Shown here piece after piece: positions 46,869-56,500 of a stretch of 59,835 nucleotides of DNA. Made by a program: the position numbers and the translations under genes. Under the pieces are notes generated by a model. It did not search any database. It saw nothing but the letters and a program-made list of their open reading frames with translations, and was not told the DNA's origin. The number at the start of each line of letters is the position of its first letter. Positions within the stretch are counted from its first letter, which is position 1. The DNA is taken from positions 1 to 59,835 of the forward strand of contig CANFLQ010000006.1 of assembly GCA_947447995.1 (NCBI GenBank), given 5' to 3'. The DNA comes from Bacteroidota bacterium (GTDB lineage Bacteria; Bacteroidota; Bacteroidia; 2-12-FULL-35-15).

Positions 46869-48029
46869 ATGCTACCATTTAGTTGCTTTGAATTTTTCAT
46901 ACTAATGGCTATTTTCATTACGATTCTAGGCATATCAAAGTATTTTGTAAAATCAGATTACTATAAATATGTATTGGCAATATTAAATGCGTTGTTTATA
47001 GGTATTATCTATCCCAAGCCATATCATTTTATTTTTCTCATTTTATTTTCATACACCTTCACACATCTTATAACAGATGTATTTAAAATAAAAACAAAGA
47101 TTTGGGGTATTTTAATTTTGTTATTGCCAATGCTATTGGTGAAGTTGGATATTAAATTTGATTTTTATCCTTTTAAGTTAAACGATGCTATTTCCTTTGC
47201 AGGTCTTTCTTATGCCAGCTTCCGTATTATAGGTTATTATATGGATAAAGCTCCCGGCGAAAAAATGCCAGATTTTATAAGCTATTTTAACTTTTTATCA
47301 TTTACACCTACTTTGTTAATTGGTCCTATCGATAGATTTGCACGTTTTAAAGATTCGCAGAACAATGGTTTTTCATCTATTAATTCAGAAAATTTTATTA
47401 TTGGCTGGAATACTTTTGTAAAAGGGCTTGCCTTTAAATACATTGTTGCTGAAGTAATAGACCGATATTGGTTAAATCTATATCCTGAAACAAGTAAAGA
47501 GTTGTTACATATAGCAAATACCATGTATGCTTATTATTTTTATTTATTCTTTGATTTTGCAGGCTATTCATTTATGGCTTTAGGTATCGGAAAAATGATG
47601 GGGATAAATGTTCCTCTGAACTTTAAAAATCCATTCATTGCTGTTAATCCTCAAGATTTTTGGAGAAGATTTCACATCAGTTTGGGTGATTGGCTAAAAG
47701 ATTATTTTTTCAATCCTTTGTATATGTTTCTTACCAGAAAAAAGAGCCTCAAAAAATATCCTGTTACAAGGCAAAATATCGCCTTGGTACTAACATTTTT
47801 ATTAATGGGATGCTGGAATGGATTTAAGTTAAATTATATATTGAGCGGTTTACTATTCGGGGTATTTTCTGCAGTTCACAACACATACGTTGTTCAATGC
47901 AAAAAGAAAGGAAAGGATGTAGTTTTTGGCAACTTAAACACTCAAACTACAAAGGTAATAAGCATTTTTATTATGTTTAATTTAGCAGCTTTTGCTTTAT
48001 ATATTTTTAGCGGACGCTGTCCTATTTAG
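46869..48029 (+). CDS. dltB: DltB-like MBOAT acyltransferase
   Basis: GLSYASFR, GPIDRF.RF, YLFFDFAGYS, NFKNPF, FWRRFHISLGDW, MGCWNG, IFSG. Confidence 0.9.
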   Translation: MLPFSCFEFFILMAIFITILGISKYFVKSDYYKYVLAILNALFIGIIYPKPYHFIFLILFSYTFTHLITDVFKIKTKIWGILILLLPMLLVKLDIKFDFYPFKLNDAISFAGLSYASFRIIGYYMDKAPGEKMPDFISYFNFLSFTPTLLIGPIDRFARFKDSQNNGFSSINSENFIIGWNTFVKGLAFKYIVAEVIDRYWLNLYPETSKELLHIANTMYAYYFYLFFDFAGYSFMALGIGKMMGINVPLNFKNPFIAVNPQDFWRRFHISLGDWLKDYFFNPLYMFLTRKKSLKKYPVTRQNIALVLTFLLMGCWNGFKLNYILSGLLFGVFSAVHNTYVVQCKKKGKDVVFGNLNTQTTKVISIFIMFNLAAFALYIFSGRCPI

Positions 48030-48035
48030 TAATTT

Positions 48036-49550
48036 ATGAAATACGATTTTAGAACAAAAAAATTTACAGAAACAGAAGTTTCTCCTGATAAACTTGCGGT
48101 AGTTGGCAGCGAACAGGAGATTGATTGGACTACACTTAAAAACAAAACAGAAAATCTTGTTACTATTTTTAAGGATTTAAATATTCCCAATGGTCATCCC
48201 GTTATTATTTATGGTCATAAAGAACATTTATATCCGGTGGTTATTTTGGCATGTATGCACTCCAACACAACCTATATACCTATTGATAAAATTTATCCAC
48301 TTGAACGAGTTAAAAAAATCATTGAGATAACTGGCTCTCAACTATTGATTAACTGTTCAGACAACACTCTTGATCTTAAAATCCCTGTTGTTATCAATAC
48401 AGAGTTAAAAGTAAATATTAATTACACTCCAAATTTTACGGGTCGCATATATGGTAACGCCTCCGACCCACTGCAATACATCATGTTTACATCTGGTTCT
48501 ACTGGCGAGCCTAAAGGAGTTCAAATTACCTTAAATTCTATTTTAACATATTTGGATTGGGTTAAAAAAGATTTTGGATTTTGCTCCGATGATGTGTTTA
48601 TGAATCAAGCACCATTTACATTTGATGTATCGCTTTGCGATGTGCTTAATTCTTTTTCACAAGGAGGAACATTGGTATTAACATCCACCGATATAGTAAA
48701 GGATCAGGAAGTATTTTTCAAGAGATTAACCCAATATAAATGTAGCGTTTGGACATCAACACCATCATTTGCGTATTTATTTTTGAGGCATCCCAACTTT
48801 AACTCAGAAAATATTTCATCCATAAAAACCTTTTTATTTATAGGCGAAGAGTTGCCAAATAGAACTTGTGCTTTATTAAAAAAATCCTTTACTAATAGCA
48901 GAATCCTCAATGCGTACGGACCAACCGAAGCAACCATTGTTACTACATTAATAGAAATAACCGATGAGGTTATTAAAAACTACCCTACGTTACCTATTGG
49001 TTACCACATGGAAGGTTCTCAGATATTAATTGACAAGAAAAATCCGGAGAATCAGGAAGGTGAATTGGTTATTGTAGGTGATCATGTATCTATAGGTTAT
49101 TTAAATAATCCAGAGCTAAATAGCAATAAATTTTTTATTCATGAAAACAAAAGAGCATTTAGAACGGGTGATTTAGGCTATTATAAAAATGATTTACTGT
49201 TTTGTATCGGACGAAACGACGATCAAGTAAAAATGCACGGGTTCAGAATTGAGCTCAATGAAATAAGCAATGTTATATGCAAAAATAATTTGATATCAGA
49301 TGCAGTTACCATTGCTTTGAGAAGAAACAATGAAGTAAAAAAAATAATAAGTTTTGTAATCTTAAAAAACACTACTGAACAAGATATTTTAAATTCCGAA
49401 CTAACCCAATTTTTGGAAAAACGGATACCTTATTATATGATTCCAGGGGATATTGTAACAGTGAATGATTTTCCATATAGCGCAGCCCATAAAATTGATA
49501 AGAACAAATTAATTGCTGATTATTTAAAGAATATGTTACAGGATAAATAA
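48036..49550 (+). CDS. dltA: DltA-like stand-alone amino-acid adenylation enzyme
   Basis: 504 aa; PVIIYGHK, YIMFTSGSTGEPKGVQI, NQAPFTFDVS, WTSTPSF, NAYGPTEAT, RTGD, QVKMHGFRIEL, KID. Confidence 0.9.
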   Translation: MKYDFRTKKFTETEVSPDKLAVVGSEQEIDWTTLKNKTENLVTIFKDLNIPNGHPVIIYGHKEHLYPVVILACMHSNTTYIPIDKIYPLERVKKIIEITGSQLLINCSDNTLDLKIPVVINTELKVNINYTPNFTGRIYGNASDPLQYIMFTSGSTGEPKGVQITLNSILTYLDWVKKDFGFCSDDVFMNQAPFTFDVSLCDVLNSFSQGGTLVLTSTDIVKDQEVFFKRLTQYKCSVWTSTPSFAYLFLRHPNFNSENISSIKTFLFIGEELPNRTCALLKKSFTNSRILNAYGPTEATIVTTLIEITDEVIKNYPTLPIGYHMEGSQILIDKKNPENQEGELVIVGDHVSIGYLNNPELNSNKFFIHENKRAFRTGDLGYYKNDLLFCIGRNDDQVKMHGFRIELNEISNVICKNNLISDAVTIALRRNNEVKKIISFVILKNTTEQDILNSELTQFLEKRIPYYMIPGDIVTVNDFPYSAAHKIDKNKLIADYLKNMLQDK

Positions 49551-49582
49551 GAAATGTGCGCTTAAAACTGCTTGCTATTTTT

Positions 49583-50182
49583 TCATTCCACCTTAATTAC
49601 TTTCTCTGTCAACAGTAATAAATTTTCATCAGAAAATACAGAAATTAAATAGCTGCCAGATTTCAAATCCGCGATTGAAATTATATTCTCTGTTGTTTTA
49701 ATTGTTTTACAAACTTTACCATTCAAATCAGTAATCACAATATTTTTTATTCCGTTGATAGGAACAGTTAATTCGTCATTAGTTGGATTTGGATAAAGTT
49801 TCAGGCTGTTATTCAAGTGCAAATTTTCTATAACTGAAGTAGTACTATTTTTAATTATTTGTCTCGAAAGCATTTTACGAGTGCCTAGCTTCAGTGCAAC
49901 TATATAAATCCCATCAATTAAAGAATCAGGATAAAAATGAACAGAATAATTACCTGCTGAAATTAAAGAATCCTTAATAATAGCCTTTACTACCTCTCCC
50001 CATCTATTATAAATAGTAAGTGAAACAATCTCATTATTAGCAAGTCCATAATAAATATCAGTCTCCGTAACAAATGGATTTGGAGTAATTTTTAAACTAT
50101 CCAAATTTTGAGAATAACTATTTGTAAACGATGAAATGAAAATGGCTATTGCAAAAGTTGTAAAAATTGTTTGTGTTTTCAT
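49583..50182 (-). CDS. Small T9SS cargo made of two CTD-like beta-sandwiches
   Basis: Signal peptide; ITPNPF..IYNRWG..GIYIV and LYPNPT..TDLNG..GSYLI..KVIK. Confidence 0.8.
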   Translation of the reverse strand: MKTQTIFTTFAIAIFISSFTNSYSQNLDSLKITPNPFVTETDIYYGLANNEIVSLTIYNRWGEVVKAIIKDSLISAGNYSVHFYPDSLIDGIYIVALKLGTRKMLSRQIIKNSTTSVIENLHLNNSLKLYPNPTNDELTVPINGIKNIVITDLNGKVCKTIKTTENIISIADLKSGSYLISVFSDENLLLLTEKVIKVE

Positions 50183-50263
50183 TTACGGTGTAAAATTAAA
50201 TTGAGAGTTGAATCACAAGCAAGCTTTTATGAAAAAATATAATGCAATATCTTAATCGGGCAT

Positions 50264-51190
50264 CTAAAATAAATGCTTCTCAGCATGATAGGAGGAGCGT
50301 ACTAATGGACCACTTTCAACAAAACGGAATCCTTTTTCAAGTCCGACAGTTTTATATTTTGCAAACACATCAGGATGAATAAATGCCTGCACAGGCAAAT
50401 GTTTTGGAGAAGGCTGAAGATATTGTCCCAAAGTTAAAACATCGCAACCTACCGCTCTTAAATCATTCATCGATTCAATTACTTCCTCTTCCGTTTCGCC
50501 CAAACCAAGCATTAAACCTGATTTAGTTTTTAAACCCGCTTCTTTTAAGCGTTTTAATACTTCTAAACTTCTATCGTATTTAGCCTGAATACGCACCTCT
50601 TTGGTAAGACGGCGAACGGTCTCTAAATTATGCGAAACAATATCAGGTTGCGCATCAATAAGGCGTTGAAGGTTATCCCAGTTGCCTTGAAAATCGGGAA
50701 TCAAGGTTTCAAATTTTGTTTGTGGGCTCACTCTTCTGATGGCATTGATGGTTTCTACCCAAATAGTAGAACCTCCATCTTTCAAATCATCGCGATCAAC
50801 GGAAGTAATTACACAATGTTTTACATTCATTAGCAATACCGATTGTGCAACACGTTCAGGCTCCTGTAAATCAACAGCCTTAGGTTTACCGGTTGCTACA
50901 TTGCAAAATCCGCAAGAGCGTGTACAAATATTCCCTAAAATCATAAATGTAGCAGTGCCTGCACCCCAACATTCGCCTTTATTTGGGCAATTGCCGCTTT
51001 CGCAGATGGTATGCAATTTATGGGTGGATACCATTTCACTCACTTTTGCGTATTCTTTTCCGGTAGGGAGTTTTACCCTTAACCAATCAGGTCGTCGCTG
51101 CCCCTCTCTTAATCTCTCCCCTGAAGGGAGAGGAGACGGGTGAGTTTCGTTGGTATTTTCAGTTGTTAATGGATTCGTATTTGTGGACAT
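50264..51190 (-). CDS. lipA: Lipoyl synthase
   Basis: [34 protein letters not shown]; ATG 51190 (TTG 51196 alternative). Confidence 0.97.
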   Translation of the reverse strand: MSTNTNPLTTENTNETHPSPLPSGERLREGQRRPDWLRVKLPTGKEYAKVSEMVSTHKLHTICESGNCPNKGECWGAGTATFMILGNICTRSCGFCNVATGKPKAVDLQEPERVAQSVLLMNVKHCVITSVDRDDLKDGGSTIWVETINAIRRVSPQTKFETLIPDFQGNWDNLQRLIDAQPDIVSHNLETVRRLTKEVRIQAKYDRSLEVLKRLKEAGLKTKSGLMLGLGETEEEVIESMNDLRAVGCDVLTLGQYLQPSPKHLPVQAFIHPDVFAKYKTVGLEKGFRFVESGPLVRSSYHAEKHLF

Positions 51191-51252
51191 TTTCAATTTT
51201 TCTTTTTAGTAGCTTCCCCCTCTCCAAATGGAGAGGGGATAAAGGGGTGAGG
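51100..51252. repeat. REP-like doublet, copies 7 and 8; one copy inside lipA
   Basis: 51100-51140 ..tctccc-ctgaa-gggagagg (in frame) and 51213-51252 cccctctcca-aa-tggagagggg-ataaaggggtgagg. Confidence 0.8.
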
Positions 51253-51254
51253 TC

Positions 51255-52019
51255 TTAAAACCATTTTTTACCCCAAATCATTTTTATGTATAACGAAACG
51301 TACACATTTTGTTTTTTGTTGAATGCCATTATTTCCAATGCTTTGGGATATATATCCGCTACAACACCAGTTTCTATTGCTTTTATTGCATCGTAACGAT
51401 CGGCATATTCAAAACTCAATGCTAATTTTGCATAACCAGCCGGAATCACTTTTGTACCACCTATGCCTTTAAAAAAGGGAGCTTTACCAAAAATATCATC
51501 CTGATTATTGATAGTCGGATCGTATCTTTGTGCTGTAGGTACCGATAAAGTGTTGCTATTTTTTATTTCTAAATAAACCGGCTTTGCAAAAGCTAATGTG
51601 CCGCCTAAAAATGTTGAATATCTGATCTCCACATTTTTTTTCTCGCTTTTTTGAAATAGTATATTTTGAAAACCAACACCTCCGCGAAGCAATAAAATAG
51701 AATTTACTTTGCCATACACATACCCTTGAGAGCTTTGATAATAGGAATTTACCGTTTTTACTTCCTTAGGATGTTTGTAGTTTTGTAATTCCACTTCCAA
51801 CATTCTTTTTCGATCCACATTTACCTGCCTGCCTGCTCTAAAAGCCAAACCTATACCACCCGCCGAATGTACAAACGCTCCGAAACTAGCTTCGTTACGG
51901 TAAATTACTTTTAAATCTTCCCCTCTTTCCAAGCGCGATGCTGCATCATTGATTTCCTGTGAAAAAACGCCAAAAGAAAATAAGCAAATTAAAATAAAAG
52001 TGATTATGGTTTTGTTCAT
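51255..52019 (-). CDS. Hypothetical outer-membrane beta-barrel-like protein
   Basis: Signal peptide, amphipathic strands, C-terminal WGKKWF. Confidence 0.65.
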   Translation of the reverse strand: MNKTIITFILICLFSFGVFSQEINDAASRLERGEDLKVIYRNEASFGAFVHSAGGIGLAFRAGRQVNVDRKRMLEVELQNYKHPKEVKTVNSYYQSSQGYVYGKVNSILLLRGGVGFQNILFQKSEKKNVEIRYSTFLGGTLAFAKPVYLEIKNSNTLSVPTAQRYDPTINNQDDIFGKAPFFKGIGGTKVIPAGYAKLALSFEYADRYDAIKAIETGVVADIYPKALEIMAFNKKQNVYVSLYIKMIWGKKWF

Positions 52020-52135
52020 TTCATTATCTTTTGTTACACAAATGTATTAATTTTATAACGCATTTTAATCATATTTGCAAAAGGCTACACATCGTCTGTT
52101 TATTTTAATTTGACCAACTTCAATAAATTAAATCT

Positions 52136-52540
52136 ATGAAAACATCTAAAATTGCTTATCTGGGAAACCTAAGAACTGAAGCAGTTCATTTACAATCGGG
52201 CATTAAAATAATTACCGACGCACCAACGGATAACAATGGAAAAGGGGAAGCTTTTTCTCCTACCGATTTGATGTCGACCTCCCTAGGCTCATGTATGCTC
52301 ACCATTATGGGAATTGTTGCGCAACGTCACGAAATTAATATTGAAGGCACTACAATTGACATCACTAAAATAATGGAAGCTAATCCACGAAGAGTAAGCG
52401 AAATTATTGTAGAATTTCAAATGCCCAAAAACAATTATTCAGAAAAGGATAAACAACTGCTGGAGAATGCCGCCAAAACTTGTCCGGTTGCACAAAGTTT
52501 AAAAGTGGAACTAAAACAAACTGTTATTTTTAATTATTAA
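52136..52540 (+). CDS. OsmC/Ohr-family (YhfA-like) protein
   Basis: TDAP.DNNG.G..FSPTDL...LGSC and CPV cysteines. Confidence 0.92.
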   Translation: MKTSKIAYLGNLRTEAVHLQSGIKIITDAPTDNNGKGEAFSPTDLMSTSLGSCMLTIMGIVAQRHEINIEGTTIDITKIMEANPRRVSEIIVEFQMPKNNYSEKDKQLLENAAKTCPVAQSLKVELKQTVIFNY

Positions 52541-52745
52541 ATCAATTTCACAATTGTGAGAGTAAGAAACTACTTTAAAAAGTAGTTAAATAAAGTAGAC
52601 ATATACAACCTTTTTAAGGTTTATTACGTCTAGTTAATTGCAATCGTAACTTTAAAAGTTAGCCATAATCTTACTTTAGAAACAGATTGCTAATTTATAT
52701 AGGCCTTAACTATTTGATTAACATTTAACTTTTTTTCTAGATTTA

Positions 52746-53375
52746 ATGAATATGAATCGCACCCTAAAACACGCCCCTTCACTTTCTGAAGCCTTTAAAA
52801 ATAGGATGAATAAGATTCTTGTAGATGTCCAAATTTCTGAAAAGGAAGCGAAACAAATTATTTCCTATTTTAAACTTGTAACACTTGAAAAAGATGAAGT
52901 ATTTTGCAAAAAGGGGCAAGTAAATATCAAATTAGGCATTCTTTTAAGCGGTTTAATGTATGCAACCTATGAGACAAAAAAAAAAAGTGATGAAGTATCC
53001 CGTTTTTTCTATCCTCCCGAAAATTTTATTGTTACAGATTTTGAGAGTTTTAAAAAATCAACATCTGCCAACGAAACAATTATAGTTATTGAAAAAAGTG
53101 AACTTTTGGTTATCAACTATGTTGATATGAAAAAGTTATATAAAACCGTTCCTAAAATGAATTATATAGCCAGGGAACTTGCTGAATTAAACTATATAAG
53201 AGCCATGCATCGGATTTACGATTTGCAGGTTTTAAATGCTGAAGAAAGAGTGAAAAATTTTTTTAGAGATCATCCTAGCTTTTACAACAGAGTTGGGAAA
53301 CAAGAAATTAGTTCGTACTTGGGCATGAATCGTAACCTAATCAGCAAATATTTTAAACCAGAAAAAAAGATCTAA
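52746..53375 (+). CDS. Crp/Fnr-family transcriptional regulator
   Basis: cNMP-binding-like domain, AEER, C-terminal HTH ISSYLGMNRNLIS. Confidence 0.9.
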   Translation: MNMNRTLKHAPSLSEAFKNRMNKILVDVQISEKEAKQIISYFKLVTLEKDEVFCKKGQVNIKLGILLSGLMYATYETKKKSDEVSRFFYPPENFIVTDFESFKKSTSANETIIVIEKSELLVINYVDMKKLYKTVPKMNYIARELAELNYIRAMHRIYDLQVLNAEERVKNFFRDHPSFYNRVGKQEISSYLGMNRNLISKYFKPEKKI

Positions 53376-53503
53376 TTTTGAAATAAAATTGGAACTATTA
53401 ATTAAAATAATTAAATTGCGGTATTCATTTTGGTGATTTGTGGACTAACTTAATTTTAATTACAGCTAGATTCCAAAAGTATTAAAAAATAAAAACAATT
53501 TTC

Positions 53504-56500
53504 ATGAAGCTATATAAGTCTATACTCACACTTAGTCTATTGCTAGGTTATATTAACTCCTACGCTCAAACACCCACGCTTAGTTGGGTAAAACAATTGG
53601 GTGGAGCAGAATCGGAGTATGGAAATTCTATAGCAGTTCACACCAATGGTGATGTATACTCTACTGGTTTTTTTACAGGTGCAGTTGATTTTAACCTTGG
53701 GGGAACTGGAGGAAAGGCTATGCTTACTGCAGACAGTTCTGATATATTTATTTGTAAACATGATTCGCTAGGTATTTTAAAATGGGCACGAAGAATGGGT
53801 GGATCGTCAAGTAAAGATGCTGGTTATGCTATTGCATTAGATATAAATGGCAACGCATATATTACAGGTTTGTTTAAAGATGCTGCCAGTTTTAACAATG
53901 CAGGAGTAGGAAGTGGTTATACTGTAGGAAATGCAGTTAATTTAACAGCAGTAGGAGGGACAGATGTTTTTGTTGCAAAATTTAATCCAGCAGGTACATT
54001 ACAATGGGCAAAAAAAATGGGCGGAGCAAAAGACGATGCAGGTTATGCAATTGCACTTGATAAAACAGGTGATGTATATCTTACAGGCTGGTTTTCCGAC
54101 AAAGCCAACCTAGATCCTAACGGAACCCTTAATTTTACAGCTATGGGACTATCAACTCCACCCAATAGCTACCCTACTGATATTTTTGTTGCCAAAATAA
54201 AGGCTGACGGTACTACAGGCTGGGCAAAACAAATGGGTGGCGGCGGCTATGATTTTGGTTTTGGTATTAAAGTTGACGCAAATAAAAACGTGTATACAAC
54301 AGGCGGATTTCAAGATAATAACAGTACCTCCCCTCATACAGACTTTGACCCTGGATCTGGAAACATTAAATTAAGTTCTGCTGGAGGAGCCGATATATTT
54401 ATATCCAAACTCGATTCCACTGGGGCTATTGGCACATCGGGCTGGGCAAAAAGAATGGGCGGAGGAGCTGACGATATTGGAACGGGTATTACACTTGACA
54501 AATCTGGAAATATATTAACAACAGGCTTTTTTGAAGCAACCGCCGACTTTGATCCAAATCCTAACGTAACCAAAAACCTAAGCGCTTCTGGCTCAAATAA
54601 ATATTTTGATATTTTTATTTCAAAATTAAACTCCTCAGGTGATTATGTTTGGGCTAATGTGTTAGGTGGTAGTGGCGACGATATTAGCTTTTCAATTGCT
54701 GTTGACACAAGCGATAATATTTATACAACTGGTGGATTTCAAAATACAGTAAACTTTGTTGACGCTACTAATGGGGCAAGTACAGCAAAAAACTTCACAT
54801 CTCCAGGAACAGACCTTTATGATATATTTATATCTAAAACCTCGGCCTCAGGAGCTTATGTATGGACACAACAATATGGAGGAACAAATAACGATGCCGG
54901 ACAAGCTATTACTGTTGATGTAAACGGTTCGGTATACGTAACAGGAGCATTTAAAAAAACGGTTGATTTTGACCCAACTTCTGCCACTAAAAATTTAGTG
55001 GCAGACAGCTCCGATACTTTTATTTTAAAACTTAGCCAACCAATACCTTGCGTTGCTACAACGCCTACATTAACTATTACCAACACCTGCGGAAGTTCTA
55101 CACTAAAGGCTCCTACCTCTACTGGCACTTATTTATGGAGCCCTGGAGGTCAAACAACCAATGCTATTACTGTTACCCAAGCAGGCACTTATTCTGTTAC
55201 AATTACTAAAAACGGCTGCGTTAGCAATTCAGGTGTAGGAACAGCTGCGCCAAAAACAATACCTGCAAAACCAACTGTAACAGTAAGCAATGATTGTGGT
55301 AACTCCACACTTACCTCTAGTTCAACTACAGGATCTTATTTATGGAGTTATAATAACTCCACAATTAAGTCCATTGCCGTTACTTCTGCTGGATCTTATT
55401 CTGTTACCATAACAGAAAACAGTTGTACAAGTGCATACGCTGTAGGAACAGCTACACCCAAAGCTGTGCCAGCAACACCTAGCATTACAGTATTAAATGG
55501 GTGCGGTAATTCAACTTTAACTTCAAGCACAACAACTGGAACTTATTTATGGAGTCCTGGAGGATCAACAAGCCAAGCTATAACGGCAACTACATCTGCA
55601 ACATATTCTATAACAGTTACTGAAAATGGATGTCCGAGTGCTGTAAAAACTGCAACTTCAGCTCCAAATGCTATCCCTTCCGCTCCAAGTGTAACAAGTC
55701 CAATTAGCTATTGTCAAAGTTCAACAGCATCCCAATTAACAGCAACTGGAACATCTTTATTATGGTATACCGCCGCAACAGGAGGAACAGGCAGTACAAC
55801 TGCTCCTACCCCAACTACAACCACAGTTGGTCAGCAAAATTATTATGTTAGTCAAACTGTAAATACCTGTATAAGTACAAGAGCCTTAATTACTGTAAAT
55901 ATTACCTCTAACACATCTATTCCAACTGTAACATCCCCAGTTAATTACTGTTTAAATAACACTGCAATTCCATTAACAGCAGAAGGAAGCAGTTTATTAT
56001 GGTATACAACCGCTAGTGGTGGAACTGGAAGCAATACGGCTCCTACACCAACTACTAGTGCAGTTGGTACTATTTCTTATTATGTAAGTCAAACCCAATG
56101 CGGTGAAGGGCCAAGATCACAAATAGATGTAATAACAAATGCAATTCCCGCTGCCCCATCAATTACATCAATTGACAGCTGTGGTAATTCAACTTTAACT
56201 GCAAATAATTTTATTGGATCATTATTGTGGAGTACTATTGAAAAAAGCACTTCGATAACAGTTACCAATGCCGCTACCTATTCGGTAACGCAAACTGTTA
56301 ATGGATGTATAAGTCCCAATGGTACTGGCATTGCTGCACCAATAGCAATACCTGCTGCACCAGTTATTACAAGTCCAGTTGTGTTGTGCCAAAATTCAAC
56401 GGCAAGTCCTTTAACAGCAACTGGAGCTTCATTATTATGGTATAGCACTACAACTGGAGGAACAGGCAGCGCAACAGCTATTACACCATCAACAGCTACG

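Noticed and set aside
45305-49550. NRPS or secondary-metabolite cluster reading of the A-domain plus carrier protein
   Set aside because: No condensation or thioesterase domain; the MBOAT, DltD and DltX partners indicate envelope aminoacylation.
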